Source of the DNA: Squalus acanthias
Taxonomy: Eukaryota
NCBI GenBank assembly: GCA_030390025.1
Contig: CM059432.1
Coordinates: forward strand, 110,982,001 to 111,046,000
Length of the DNA stretch: 64,000 nucleotides
Reading direction: 5' to 3'
The notes beneath the pieces were generated by a model. The model worked only from the letters and a program-made list of their open reading frames with translations, made no database searches and was not told the origin of the DNA. Of the stretch, positions 37,601-50,204 are shown piece by piece. Each line of letters opens with the position of its first letter. Position 1 is the stretch's first letter. The position numbers were made by a program, and so were the translations under genes.

Positions 37601-37690
37601 GACCTTTCCGGTTTTTGAATGGCCGTGGGCATATCTCGCATCGCAGTGCCCACGCCCGTTTTCTTCTGTCATCGAATTTCCCGGCCTTTG

Positions 37691-38133
37691 TGTTATAAAC
37701 ATAGGCAGAGGGATCCATTAACTATAGTATAGAAAGATAACCATTAATAAAGCCTAATCTTCAGAGGATTCGAGAACAGTTAGGTTAGGAAGTCTTGTTT
37801 GAGGGAGGTAGATCTGGAGTAAACAACTGCAACTGTTTACATGAATAGACTGTTTTCAAAGGATTCAGGAACAGATACATCATGAGGTCTTATCTGTGAC
37901 ATGTGCCTTTGATGTAGGCAAAATACGGTGTATAAAGGAGCACGGTTTTCAACAATTCTTTGGAGGGCTCGAAACATCGAACTAGAAACCGAAAGTATGC
38001 TCTGTGTACAGTATAGATCGATCGCCTGCTCTGGATTTCAATAAAGTCTGCTCCATTGACTCCACCATCAAGTGTCCTGTGCTGACTCGAAGTGTGTGGT
38101 TGTGAGCCAGAGAAGGAAGGAGGTTGACTAACA
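37691..38133 (+). mobile_element. Probable solo LTR (443 bp)
   Basis: TGTTA...TAACA termini, TATAAA at 37931, AATAAA at ~38040, flanks TTTG/GTTG (4-bp TSD with one mismatch). Confidence 0.65.
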
Positions 38134-38504
38134 GTTGCATGTTAACAGCCCTGTGATTGCTGAGTCTCCCCCAACACCCCTCTGACTGCCAACATCCCTC
38201 CTCCCCCCGCAATCCAGATTTCCCAGGCCCCCTCCCGACTGCACACCAGCCAGTTGCGGCTCTCTGTGGCAGTGGTTGGGCAAGGTCACCGAGCCGGAGG
38301 CTTTTCTGTGCAGCAGCCGGAGACGTCACGGAGTGTGGGTGGTGGGGGACGCACTGCGGAAGGAAATTTAAAGCGCACTTGGGAGGGGAACCGTTGATTT
38401 CCGGCGACTCCTGCTGAAAGTGGGAGGGTTGGGAACCCTAACTCAGGGACATGCTTTCAGTACAGAATTGCATCAGAAATCAATCAGGCCTTTCAAAAGA
38501 AGAT

Positions 38505-38973
38505 GGGGTAAAAATTGGGTAGCCCCCTTATTAAAGGGGAGGGGCCTGGCACAGTGTGTCCCGGCGCCCAGCTGGGCCACCAGGGATCGGGAGTGCTGGC
38601 AAACGAGCCCGGCACTCAAGAGGAGTGCTGGGCTCACGGAGAGCAGCCGGCACCCCGCGGGGGGACTTCACGGGGGCCGGGGACAGCAACGGGGGAAGGT
38701 GCTGGCAGGCGGCCAGCAATAAAAATGGCCGCCCGCCACCTCGCCTTTAACTAGCGCCGTCCCGGCCGCAGGTAGGCCCCCCTGACCCCGGCTGACATAG
38801 CGTCTGGCGGTAAGTCGGGGGGCACCACCGAATATTACAGCCGGGGCGCGAGTGGGGTGCTGCGCACGGCGCTAACGGTTAGCGCCGCCGCTAACCTCCT
38901 GCTGAATTTGCGGGAGGCGTTAGTGGCGCCGCGGCCAGGCCCTCTTAGGCGCAAATCAACCGAATTAAGCCCC
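38505..38973. mobile_element. GC-rich non-autonomous Harbinger-type TIR element
   Basis: GGGGTAAAAATTGG / CCGAATTAAGCCCC ends, GAT direct repeats on both sides, TAGCGCC motifs shared with 3837-4729. Confidence 0.7.
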
Positions 38974-39043
38974 GATATCTATTAAAGACATAGCCAATTA
39001 CTTAGCTGATATGCAACATTTACACTTGTGTTGTTGTAAATGT

Positions 39044-39408
39044 ATCAGCCAATGGCTCAGTGGGTAGCACACTCGCTTCTGCGTCAGAAGGTTGTTGGTT
39101 CAAGTCCCAATCCAGGAACTTGCGCACAAAAATCTAGGCTGACACTCCACTGCAGTACCAAGGGAATGCTGCACTGTCGGAGGTACCAGCTTTCGCATGA
39201 GACATTAAACCGAGGCCCCGTCTGCCCTCTCAGGTGGACGTAAAAGATCCCATGGCACTATTTTGAAGAAGTGCAGGGGAGTTATCCCCGGTGTCCTGGA
39301 CAATATTTATCCTTCAATCAATATCACTAAAACAGATTATCTGGTTAATATCACATTGCTGTTTGTGGGAGCTTGCTGCGTGCATAAATGCAAATTTTCT
39401 TTTCTTTT
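39044..39408 (+). mobile_element. SacSINE1/DeuSINE-like SINE with 3' internal deletion
   Basis: TGGCTCAGTGG and GGTTCAAGTCC boxes. Body matches 15031-15488 but lacks about 100 bp before the tail. Confidence 0.85.
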
Positions 39409-39411
39409 TTA

Positions 39412-40530
39412 AAAATATTTCTTGCTAGTTTACTCTCATATTCTATTTTCTCCCTCTTTATCACTTTCTTGGTCATCCTTTGCTGATTTTTAAAACCCTC
39501 CCAATCCTCAGGCCTACTCCTCTGTTTGGCAACATTGTGAGCCTCTTCTTTTAATCTAATGCTATCCTGAACCTCTCCAGTTGGCCACATTTGTAGCACT
39601 TTTCGAGCAGAGTTTTTATTCCTCAATGGAATGCAGATTCATTGAGAATTATGAATTTTTTAAACATTTGCCATTGCTTATCTACAATCATATCTTTTAA
39701 CCTAATTTTCCAATCTACCTTAGCCAATTCGCCTCTCATACCTCCGTAATTGGCTTTGTTTAAATGTAAGATCCTAGTTTCGGACATAACCACATCACTC
39801 TCAAACTCAATGTGAAATTCTATCATATTATGATCCCCAGATGATCCGTGACTATAAGATTACTAATTAACCCTGTCTCATTACACAATACTAGATCTAA
39901 AATATCTGTTCCCTAGTTGGTTCGTCAACATATTGTACTAGAAAACTGTCTCGAATGCATTCCATGAACTCGTCCTCCAAACTACTTTTGCCAATTTGGT
40001 TTGCTCAGGGTATATGAAGATTAAAATCCCGTAGGATTATTGCACTACCCTTGTTACAAGCTCCTCTAATTTCCTGATTTATATTCTGTCCAACACTATG
40101 ATTACTGTTAGGGGGCCTATAAACTACTCCCACCAATGTTTTCTGCCCTTTGTTATTTCTTAGCTCCATCTGTACTGATTCTACATCCTGATTTTCTGGG
40201 CTAAGGTCCTATCTCACTACTGCCTTTATCTCATCCTTTATTATCAGGGCTATCCCACCTCCTTTTCCATTTTGCCTTTCTTTTCTAAAAGTCAAGTACC
40301 CTGGAATATTTAGTTCCCAACCTTGGTCACCCTGCTGCCACATTCAGTAATGAATATTAGATCAAAGCCATTTATCTGTATTTGTGCCATTAATTCATCA
40401 ATCTTGTTACAAATGCTTCGTACATTCATATATAACACCTATAATTTTAACTTTTTACTATTTTTCCCTGATGTAGCCTCAGTCACTAATATCCTATTGC
40501 CATTGTTAAACTCTCTGTCCCTTCCTGACA
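39412..40530 (-). mobile_element. CR1 LINE ORF2 fragment (endonuclease and linker), decayed
   Basis: MIEFHIEFESDVV..LNKANYGGMRGELAKVDW and KREKIEYESKLARNI; the APE region is broken by stops. Confidence 0.85.
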
Positions 40531-40539
40531 CAAACTGTT

Positions 40540-40848
40540 TTCAAGGGCTGAAGGGTCAATAACGAGAGGGCACAAATTCAAGATGATTGGCAAAAGAACC
40601 AGAGGCGACATGAGGAAAAATGTTTTTACACAACGAATGGTTAGGATCTGGAATGCGCTGCCTGATAGGGTGGTGGATACAGATTCAGTAGTAGCCTTCA
40701 AAAGGAAATTGTATAAATACTTGAAGGAGAAAAAATTGCAGGGATATGGGGAAAGAGCGGGGGAGTGGGACTGACTGGATTGCTCTTTGAAAGAGCCTGC
40801 GCAGACTCGATGGGCCGAATGGCCTCCTTCTGTGCTGTACTATTCTAT
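40540..40848 (+). mobile_element. CR1 LINE 3' end
   Basis: TRGHKFK..MRKNVFTQRMVRIWNALP, then 3'UTR ending TATTCTAT. Confidence 0.9.
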
Positions 40849-41132
40849 GGGGCCGATTTTCCCATTGGAGGCGGGTTGGGAGCGGGTTTGGGGGCGGGCG
40901 GGTGCCGAACCCGCCTCCACTGTCAGGTGGGAAAAAGTTTGGATTTTCCCCTAATTGCCCAATTAATTCCAGGCGTGTGGGTTCCCCTGGGCCAATTACT
41001 CTTTTGGGACTGAAACTCGCCTCTGCTGACGCCACTTATGCAGCTTCATTTAAGGGCTGCTTGCTTCCTTGGCTCATTTCACTGCCGTTTTGTGGGTGCT
41101 GCACAACTTGGAAACTTTTGCGTTGAGAAGAA

Positions 41133-43112
41133 ATGGCCAACTTGAGAGCCAAGGCCTCTCCGAGGTTCTCCGATGAGTCTCTGAGTATTCTGGTCGAGGG
41201 GGTGAGAGCGAGCAAGGAGGTGCTCTTCCCCTCATCTGGGAGGAAGAAGCCTCCCAAACAAACCAAGGCTGTCTGGGTGCAGCTGGCACGGGATGTAACC
41301 TCCAGATCTGTGTGCAGCAGAACATGGCTGCAGTGCCGCAAGAGGTTCACTGACCTTGTAAGATCAGCCAAAGTGAGTATACCATCAGCTTGACCCTCAT
41401 TCTGCTCCCCTTCTCCTCTCATCACCAGCACTCTGCATTGTCAACCTCCTCCTACACATCCCACTTCACTCTTACAACCCTTGCACCCTTAACCATCCCA
41501 CTCACTCTATGAACACAATCACTTCACTATTCAACTATGCTGCCCTCACACTCCCTAACAATGTTATGTAATGACAATGACTAACAACACAGAGGGAGGG
41601 CCCTTGGAAATGGAACCTCACTCCATCTTTATCTCCTTCTAAGCATCTATGCTCTGGATTCTCTACACTCACTCCATCATTCTCACTCAAACTCCACTTG
41701 TCTCCCTCATTGCAGGAAAAGAGAGCCCACAATAAAAGGGAAATGGCGAAGACTGGAGGAGGGTCACCTCCCCTCGCCCATTTGACCAATGCTGAAGAGG
41801 CGGCCCTGGAAATCCTGGGGGATGGACAGACGGGCGCAGCAGAGCAAGCTGGTGACAATAGTTTTGCTTCTCTCTTTTACATTGCAGGAGTCACTAGAAT
41901 GGCTGCGAATGTACATTTATAGAATGGCAATTGATCATCTGCACTATTGCATGTGCATGCCACACTACCGTAACATCTCTAACTCATTCCTTTACTCCCC
42001 CACAGGACCATCGACAGCGCCCTCCCCACTGTCCAGGAGGAAGAGCCTGAGGCGGAAGACTCCTCAGAGGAACCTGCAACCTCTGAGGGCGCAGCGTCAG
42101 CAGATGTAAGCGCACCCAGCACCAGCGCAGATACGCACACCTCAGTGGGACCTTCGGGAGAGAGTAGTGTTGTCACCTGGTGTATCACAGCTCACAAGTG
42201 AGCATCAGCAGGTGGTGGAGACAGGGACAGCAGTGGAGAGTCCTCGTTGGAGGTCGCCGGACTCTCCTAGCTCTGCTCAGCTGCATGTCGACCCTGTGCC
42301 TCTGGGTCCATCCAGAAGGAGAGCAGTGCTGGAACTCCAGGAACAGGTGCAGGAGTCTCCGGCAGGTTTTGTCTCCAGGGTCACTGTGTGTGTGGAGAGG
42401 ATGGAGGAGTCCAACTCGAAATATGAGCAGAGCCTTTGTGGAATCATTGGCGCATGAGCGCATCTCCTCGGAATGGTTGGCTACCTCTGTGAAAGCGATG
42501 TCTACCTCCGTGGAAGTGATGTCTACCTCCATGGTATTGATGGCTGCCTCTCTGCAGACGATGGCCAGGGCCATGGAGGAGATAAGTCGCCAGAGTGTTG
42601 AAAACATGGTCAATGTTCAGAATAGACTGACATCTCTGGAGGAGCAATGGCCAGCTACTGATCAGAGACACCAGAGCTTCATGGAAGTCCTCAGCAGTAG
42701 GACTGCCAGTGCAGAGACGGGTCTTCATGGCCCCCCTGATGTGCAGCAAGGTGCTCTCAAACCACTTGCTAGCGCTGAGGTGGGGCTGACCCATGAGAGG
42801 GATGTTGGTGGCAGAGAACAAGGAAGTGGGGGCTCCTTTCCAAGCGCTCACACTTCCATGCCACTGCGTTGTCCTCAGTCAGAGCCCCACCAGCGTCCTC
42901 ACCCAACTGAGATGGGCGTCTCATCCCCTGCACAGCCGCAGGAGGAGCAGACTTTTGGCGAGCCCTCACAGGCTCGCAAACCCAGAGGACGCCCGCCAAA
43001 TGTGTCGAAGCAAGAGCAGCATGAAAGTGAGCAAGGGGCGTCCACTTCTGCTGAAGCCACAGGGGAAGCACCACGTAGGAGCACGCGTAAGAGGAAGATA
43101 AAGCACAAGTAG
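41133..43112 (+). pseudogene. Myb/SANT-like (MSANTD/trihelix-type) accessory gene of copy B; exons 41133-41372, 41716-41851, 42006-43112
   Basis: Exon 1 is PRFSDESL...W...RTWLQCRKRFTDL. GT/AG sites sit at equivalent positions in copy D. Exon 3 is frameshifted and ends in basic RRSTRKRKIK. Confidence 0.85.
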
Positions 43113-43364
43113 TCACAAGGGCAGTGACTTGTGTGTTTTTTTGTGTTTAATGATTAAATGCCATCCCTTTGTCAATGTATTAAACTCTGGTGATGGCAAA
43201 CTGTTGACGTTATGGCCTCCGTGAGTTTTGGAAGTTCCACTTTGCAGCCTCAGCGAGACTTGCTTGGTCAGGTTGGTGGTCAGAGTGAGAGGAAGCCAAC
43301 GAGTCATGTCCATTGCGTATCTTGTGCTAAGAAGGAGCCAAGCACATGTGCAAGAATGGGCAAC

Positions 43365-44581
43365 CTAAGCAAATATGGCCAAGATGAGTGCATCCCTTGC
43401 ATTCCGGCCAGCAATGTGCTCACATGCTGCTGCTGCTGCTGCTGGTTGATGCACCTCCGCTCGGCCATCATTCTCCTCCTCCTCCTCCTCCTCCTCATCT
43501 GAGGAGGCTATGTACTGAGCCACGTGCTCCTCAGGAAGCTGCAAGCCACGATGCTGTGCCATGTTGTGAAGTGCACAGCAGACCACGACCATTCTGGAGA
43601 CCCTGGCTGCTGAGTACTGCAGGGCTCCACCTGATCGGTCAAGGCATCTGAATCGCATCTTCAGGAAGCCGATGGTTTGTTCGATGATGGACCTGGTCGA
43701 AATGTGGCTGGCGTTGTAGCGCTCCTCAGCTTCGTTCGATGGCCTCCTGATTGGCGTCATTAGCCACGTCTTCAGGGGGTAGCCCTTGTCTCCAAGTAGC
43801 CATCCGTTAAGTTGGTTTGGCGGATTGAAGAGCGGAGGAACACTAGACTGCTGCAGGATGAAAGAGTCATGGCAACTACCACAGTACTTGGCGCAAACAT
43901 GCAAAATCTCCTTCTTGTGGTTACACACCAGCTGTACGTTGAGGGAGTGGAAGCCCTTGCGGTTGACAAAAATAGCAGGGTTGTGATGGGGTGCCCTAAG
44001 GGCCACATGTGTGCAGTCTATGACGCCCTGCACCATTGTCAAGCCTGCCATATTTGCAAATCCAACCACACACGCGGTTATACTTGCTTCATCAGTTGAA
44101 AAGTTGATGTAATTGTGCGCCTTTGCGAAGAGGGCATCGGTAAACTGCGTGATGCAACTGTGGGCGGCCAACTGGGAGATTCTGCTGATGATCCCTGGAA
44201 GGAGCCTGAAGCAAAAAAGTTGAGTGCGGTGGTGACTTTGACAGCCACTGGTAAGGGGTGTCCACCCGCTCCTCTGGGCTCCAGGTGTTGGTGCAGCATT
44301 GCGCAGATGTCTCCGACAGCCTCTCGCCAAAGTCTCAGCCTCCTTTGGTACTGCTGCTCACTCATGTTGAGGAAGCTCATCCTCTGTCTGTAAACCCTGA
44401 GAGGAGGGTATCTCCTGCGGCGACGTGCTGCCATGCGCTGGCGCCTTCTGCCCTGTGCACTATCAGGTGGGTGAGCAGGAGGTTGGCGCTCCTGCTGCTG
44501 TTCTGCCTGGTTCTGCTGCTGCCGTGGCTGCTCCTCGTCCGAATCTGAGGTCCATGATGAAAGGAAATGAATGTTTCCCAT
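43365..44581 (-). pseudogene. Harbinger DDE transposase of copy B, with one visible lesion (10-bp deletion at ~44180)
   Basis: [24 protein letters not shown] and RSIIEQTIG motifs. Two overlapping open frames (44078-44653, 43365-44330). Confidence 0.92.
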
Positions 44582-45284
44582 GCTGCTGGTAGATACCTCC
44601 GTTGGGGAAGCGCTCAGTCCAAGTGGGGAGAGGGTTTTCCAAGGAGGTCCCAAAGTTGATAGATCTCAGCTGCACCACCTCCGACTTCAGTAGGCCTGGA
44701 AAAAGTGCTCAAAGACCTGTGCAACAAAAGTTCTGCCACCTGCAACTCATCCCTGTTGAAAGCTCCGTTTTTATGGTGGAGCTGCAGCTGTGAGGAGGCC
44801 AGCCACTTGTTAACCCGCCAGGATTAGCTGGCGTGGTTTAGGAGCAGCGTGCAACACGCTGTAAATGTGGGGAAATAACAAAGGCCTGGGAAAATAGGAT
44901 TACAGAGGCCCTTAAGCGCTTGTTAACGGTCTTAACTGCCTATCCCGCCTCTTGGAGGCGGGACCGAATCGCACTCCTGAAGCCTGCCTCCGGCAAAGTT
45001 GCGCGGAGGCGGGTTGGAGGCGGGTTCCGAACCCGCACTGTGCTGTGTGCTGTGCTAATAAGAAATGCCTGTTTGAAAGTCTCGATTTAGAACACAATTT
45101 TCAGGCTAATTGATGATTATCATGATTTAAACGTGCCTGCAGGCACTGAAACCGACACCTGCAGGTTAAGCGCTCAAGCGCTGATTAGATGCAATTTTCT
45201 TGGAGCTGTATATGGAGCCTGCACTCAACCACTTCCACTGAAGGTGTGGAGTGTGCTGGCTGGAAGAGAAGCCAATGTGAAAGG

Positions 45285-47048
45285 ATGTCTCAAGGACCTA
45301 GACAGAGGGCACCCAGGTTCTCGGACACGGCACTGGAATGTCCTGGTGGAGGAGGTAGCAAGGAGGAGGTATGTCCTCGACCTGCAGCTCCAGTGCCAAA
45401 GAAATTTAATGACATGACATGAGTGGTCAAGGTAAGATCCCATCTCACAAACACACTTCTCAATAACTGCACCACCACCAGCATCACAACCTCAACACCC
45501 TGCATCCACCTTCTAACTCTGCACTGACATTTACGCACCCCACAGTATTGAATCAGTCACAGGCACTACTCACACCTCAGACACATTTCACAGCTCTTCA
45601 ACCATGTGAGGCATCACACACACACACACACACACACACAAATACACCTGTCAATACACTCATTCATAATCACCACTCTTTTTCTTCCAGGAAGAAATAG
45701 CACATAACAGGCATCAGCAGGTCCTGACCTGGAGAGGTCAACCACGTCTGCATGAGATCACTCACTTCCCTTGAGGAGGCAGTGCTGGCCGTGATCGGGA
45801 GGGGAGTGGGAGACGCTGTGGCCAGAGGCAGAGCAGGGGACCTATCGCCTAGAGGTATGTGGCCACTCCAGCTTCCTTACATAGTCACAACTATTCCTGA
45901 TCCCTCATCCCCCAAACCTATCTTCACTCCCAAATTCCATATGGTCTCATCACACACATCCTCCAACAGTGGCCACACACGCTGTACCCTGACCCTTCCA
46001 GCTTTATCATTGCAGGCTCCCAGGAGCAAGATCCACCTCATCTCAAGTTCAAGATGAGCAACAGCCACCTCATCCCCCGGAGGACGAGGAGGAGGAGGAG
46101 TACGAGGAATGATGCACTGCGTCAATCGCTACCACTGCCGCAGGCACCAGCTCCGAGACCACGTGTAACATAGAGGCTAGGTTAGAAGAGGGATCCTCTA
46201 TTTGGCACACACTGGGCACTAGTGGGCAGCAGCCATGCAGGGTGGAAGGGACACCACATGTGCCACCTTGCTGGGGGGCAAGGTCACACACGAGTTCAGC
46301 TGTAGAGGAGTCAGATGAGGACCTTGCAGGGCTAAGCTTCAGAAGAAGGCTGATGGGTGCGACGAATCAAATGCTTGGTTCAATGGACAGCCTGTCTGAA
46401 AGCTTACGGGTCATGGCTAAGGGGATGGAGGGGTCTGCCTCCAGCTTGGTCTGTGTCTTGACGCAGACCAGTGTGGAGAGGCTGGTCAATTCCAGCCAGC
46501 GACCCGTGGAGCCCGACCTCATGCAGCGTCTGATGACTGAGGTCGCAGCTTCCACTGCAGTTATTGCAACCTGCATGGAACGGCAAAGTCTAGCAATGGA
46601 AGCTCAGGCAGCTGCCATGGTGGCTCTGAGCTCCTCAGTTGAAAGGGGTTTGCATTGTGTCTCAGCTGTCCCGTGATCTGTCCTGCAGCAGATCACTGGG
46701 CAGGCTGAACAGACACCCCAGGGTAATGGCGTGCGAATCATGGAGCAGGAACCGACTGGCCTCTCTGCGGATGGCAGCATTCCTGCTCCCTCCCCCACCA
46801 CGTTCCCATTGCCCTTGTAGTTGCCTGTCAGCCAGGCAGCCCAGACTGCAGAAGCCCACGCTGAGATGGTGCAGTCTGAGGTGGGGCCATCACGGCCCAC
46901 AGCCTCTCAAGGGTGTTCCAGGTGGACATCTGAACTCCCCTCTTCAGATTCTCAGCAGCCATCCACCTCGCCTGCTGCTGCCACTCAGGCTGCACTTCAA
47001 AGAAACACCAGAGTAGGCAAGAGCACTGAGGGTAAGCACCAGGGTGAA
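45285..47048 (+). pseudogene. Myb/SANT-like accessory gene remnant of copy C
   Basis: MSQGPRQRAPRFSDTAL...QC-KKFND, donor at 45432, exon 2 from 45691 (EEIAHN...LTSLEEAVL), exon 3 from 46016. Confidence 0.7.
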
Positions 47049-47289
47049 TAGTTTAATATTTGTAAGTGATGTTGGTTGTGTCATGTTTCCATGTTTGTTT
47101 TTGATGTATATAAACAGTGATTACAGTAATTGGGTAGTGGTGGAATCGGTGATCTTTTTTATTTTGATCTTCATAGGGAAGGGGTTGAAAGGATCGAGTG
47201 CACATGATGGACTGTCTGATGGATCCTAAGTCGTGGAAGGTCCATCATGTGGCAACAGTGCTCTGGAGTCTGATGGTGGAGCACGTCTC

Positions 47290-48499
47290 TCAAAAGCTCT
47301 CTTCAATTAGGTGGCGGTGGAGAGCGTCCCTCCCAGGTGTGGGCCATATACTATTCACCCTGGAAGCCTCTGGTGCTCCCCCCCACCACCCCCGCCACCC
47401 CCGCCAGTCCCTCTCCTCTTCTCTTCCTCCTCCTCCTCCTCCTCCTCCTCTTGTGGCTCCTGCGCTTGATCCTCTGGCACATTTACTGGTGGTAACAGCT
47501 GGTCTCTCATGATTGCCAGATTGTGGAGCATGCCACAAATCACCACGAAGCTGGAGACCTTCTTGGCCGAGTACTGCAGGGCACCTCCTGACTGGTCAAG
47601 GCATCTAAACCTCTGCTTCAGGACCCCAATGGCCTGCTCAATGATATTCCTGGTGGCTGAGTGGCTCTCATTGTATGAGTGCTCAGCTGGCATCTGGGGG
47701 TTTCTCAGGGGAGTCATGAGCCATGGCATCAGAGAGTATCCCTTGTCATTCAGTAGCCAGCCATGCACATTGCATTGGGGCTCAAAGGATGGATGACTGG
47801 GATGGATGACTGTCTTATTATAAACACATCGCAGCAGCTCCCTGGAACGCAGAGATGTCGTGCTGCCGGTGATCGCAGGCAAGCTGTACATTGAGGGTAT
47901 GGAATCACTTCCTATTCCTGAATACTTCCAAGTTTAAATGAGGGGCTGGCATGGCCATGTATGTGCATTTAATGGCTCCCCGAACCATGGGGATTCCCGC
48001 AATCCTGTTCAATCCTAGAGCTCTCTGCCTCTGGTCTTCTCTGGCAATAGGGAATGATATGTAGTCATTCCTCAGAGTGTATAGAGCCGCAGAAACTTCC
48101 CTTATTCAGAAGTGCACAGAGGATTGTGATATGTGCTTTATACACCTGTGGCAGCCTGGAAGGTTCCAGTAGCATAAAAGTTAAGTGCTACTGAGACCTT
48201 GACTGCCACAGGCAATGCAGTCTAGGCTGTGCTGCGACGTCTGAGTCTTTGTTTCACAAGGCCACAGATCTCTGTGACGACCTCCTTGGTAAAGTGCAGC
48301 CGCCTCATGCACTGGTCTCGGGTCATGTGAATGTAGGAGTAGTGCTCTCTGAAGAACCTGGGTGGATAGGGCCTCTGCTGAGAGCCCACCTCACCCTCCT
48401 GTCCCTCTCTCCTGCAGCAGCTGGTGCTGCTCTTCCTGGCCTCATCTCCTCCTCCCATTCCTCCTGCAGACCAAGGGGGACCCCTAGCAAGATCCCCAT
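47290..48499 (-). pseudogene. Harbinger transposase pseudogene of copy C
   Basis: RPYPPRFFR..CMRRLHFTKE and GWLLNDKGYSLMPWLMTPLRNP...RNIIEQAIGVLKQRFRCLD. Several stops and frameshifts. Confidence 0.88.
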
Positions 48500-50204
48500 G
48501 ACCGAGCACTCCCTTTCTCCTGGTGACTCCTTTAAGGTGCCTAATAATGTAGAGTAGCCCAGCACTCACTCTCTTTAGGTGAAGTCCTCAGAGAATTTCT
48601 GGAATAAATGTTGCCAGAGTGTTGGTGAAGTCTTGACAAAGTGTCCCAGAAAGTCTCCCGAAGTGTCTCGAAAGTCCTCTTCAAACCCACAGCAGCAAGT
48701 GAACAGTAAAATGTGATATACCTTTAAGTAGCGCTCAAAATCCTCAGCAATGACTTGTTTACTCCTTTTCAGCTGGTCGCTGTTAGGAGAGGGCGTTAGA
48801 TCAAGAGTTATCCACCAAAATGGCATGCAGCCTCTTTAATGAGTGTTAGCAGGCAATTTAATTGTTAATGAGCCCCTGAACGATCCCCTGGGTGACCGTT
48901 ACTAGCGCGCGATTCAACTCCTTTCCCAAAATGGCATCTTGCGAGCTAAATTGGTGTTGCAGCTTATTTGGCCACCTCGGAGGCTCTTTAGCATCTAAAG
49001 TATCCAGCCAGTATCGCCCACTGTGATTCTATGAGGTAAACACGGAACCTGGAATCATGTATAGCAAGATGTCAACGCCTTCAGAGAGCAGGGACGGGGA
49101 GCAAATTGTCAAGAAACAAACTCAGAAAATCTTGGAAATACAGAGCAGATTCATCATCACCAACAGAGAGAAAAGGGAGGTGGACATTTTGGAAGGAACC
49201 CTTTAATAGAATTGAGGGTCTGAGAAATTATGGTTTGCTATTTTGCGGTGGGGTAATAATCAAGAGGAAATAGAGATAGATTATATCAAAATTGGAACTG
49301 AAGAATGGAGAACTGGGAGGTCAGAGGGAGAGAGAATAGAGAATTAAAAGGGAATGGGCAGAATCAGGTAGGTGTTCTGAAGAAAAGATTGAATGAAGCC
49401 AAGAGGCTAAAGAGAATTGGGAAGGTGTTGGAGTCATGAGAATGAAGTTCTGGGACAAAGGAGGAACAGAGATGAGGGCCGCGATTTTGCCGGCACTCAG
49501 AGGGCGGGTTTGGAGGCAGGTCAGAGGTTAAATTCGTTTTGATTAATGGTGGATTCCGAACCCGCCTCCTCACAACTTTGCCAAGTGTCGGGTCTGGGAG
49601 TCCCGCTCAGACCCGCCACCAAGTGGCGGGAGAGGCACTTTAGGCAGTTAACCGCTTGTTAACTGCCTACATAATCCCATTTTACCAGGCTCTTCCCATT
49701 TCAGGACATTTTCAGCGTGTTCCACGTCTTTCACAAAACACGCCAGCTGATTGTGCCGGGTTCAGGAGCTACGCGAATTCTTGACAGCTGCACCTGCAGC
49801 TTAAAACGGTCCTGTAACATGGCTGAGTTTCAGATGACAGAACTTTGTTTTTTGAGGTGTTGGAACACTTTTTGCAGGTCTATTGAGCTTGTAAGTAGTT
49901 AAGCTGAGATCCATATGCAGTGTGACCTCCTTGGAAAACCCTCTCCCCACATTGCCTGAGCGCTTATAACATCTATTCCTCAACTGAGATATATACCAGC
50001 GGAATGGGAACTATTTATACCCTCTCATCCTGGTCCTCAGAATCGGAGGAAGAGCAGCCGCAGCAGCAGCAGGACCAGGCACAACAGCAGCAGCAACAAC
50101 AGGAGCGCCAACCTCCTCCTCACCCGCCTGATGCTACACAGGACAGAGGCCGTCAGCGCAGGTCTGACCTCGCCGCAGGAGATACCCCCAACACAGGATT
50201 TACA

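Larger units (their letters stand above)
36586..37686. mobile_element. Internally deleted Harbinger derivative
   Basis: Ends GGCCGCAAAATT / AATTTCCCGGCC. Interior keeps a transposase-like acidic C-terminus (EEEE...GRDIRDGII) followed by a sequence like the opposing Myb-gene 3' end. No matching TSD. Confidence 0.55.
40849..45036. mobile_element. PIF/Harbinger transposon copy B; left TIR present, right tip missing
   Basis: Starts GGGGCCGATTTTCC. GGCGGGTT repeats at both ends. Convergent Myb-like and transposase genes. Colinear with 49476-53868 in inverse orientation. Confidence 0.92.
45060..49030. mobile_element. Older Harbinger of another family (copy C); ends not identified
   Basis: Convergent Myb-like (+) and transposase (-) remnants, more decayed than B and D. 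Confidence 0.8.

Noticed and set aside
43365..44330. Domesticated HARBI1 gene
   Set aside because: Lies in a multi-copy element with a TIR and a partner Myb gene, and is frameshifted.
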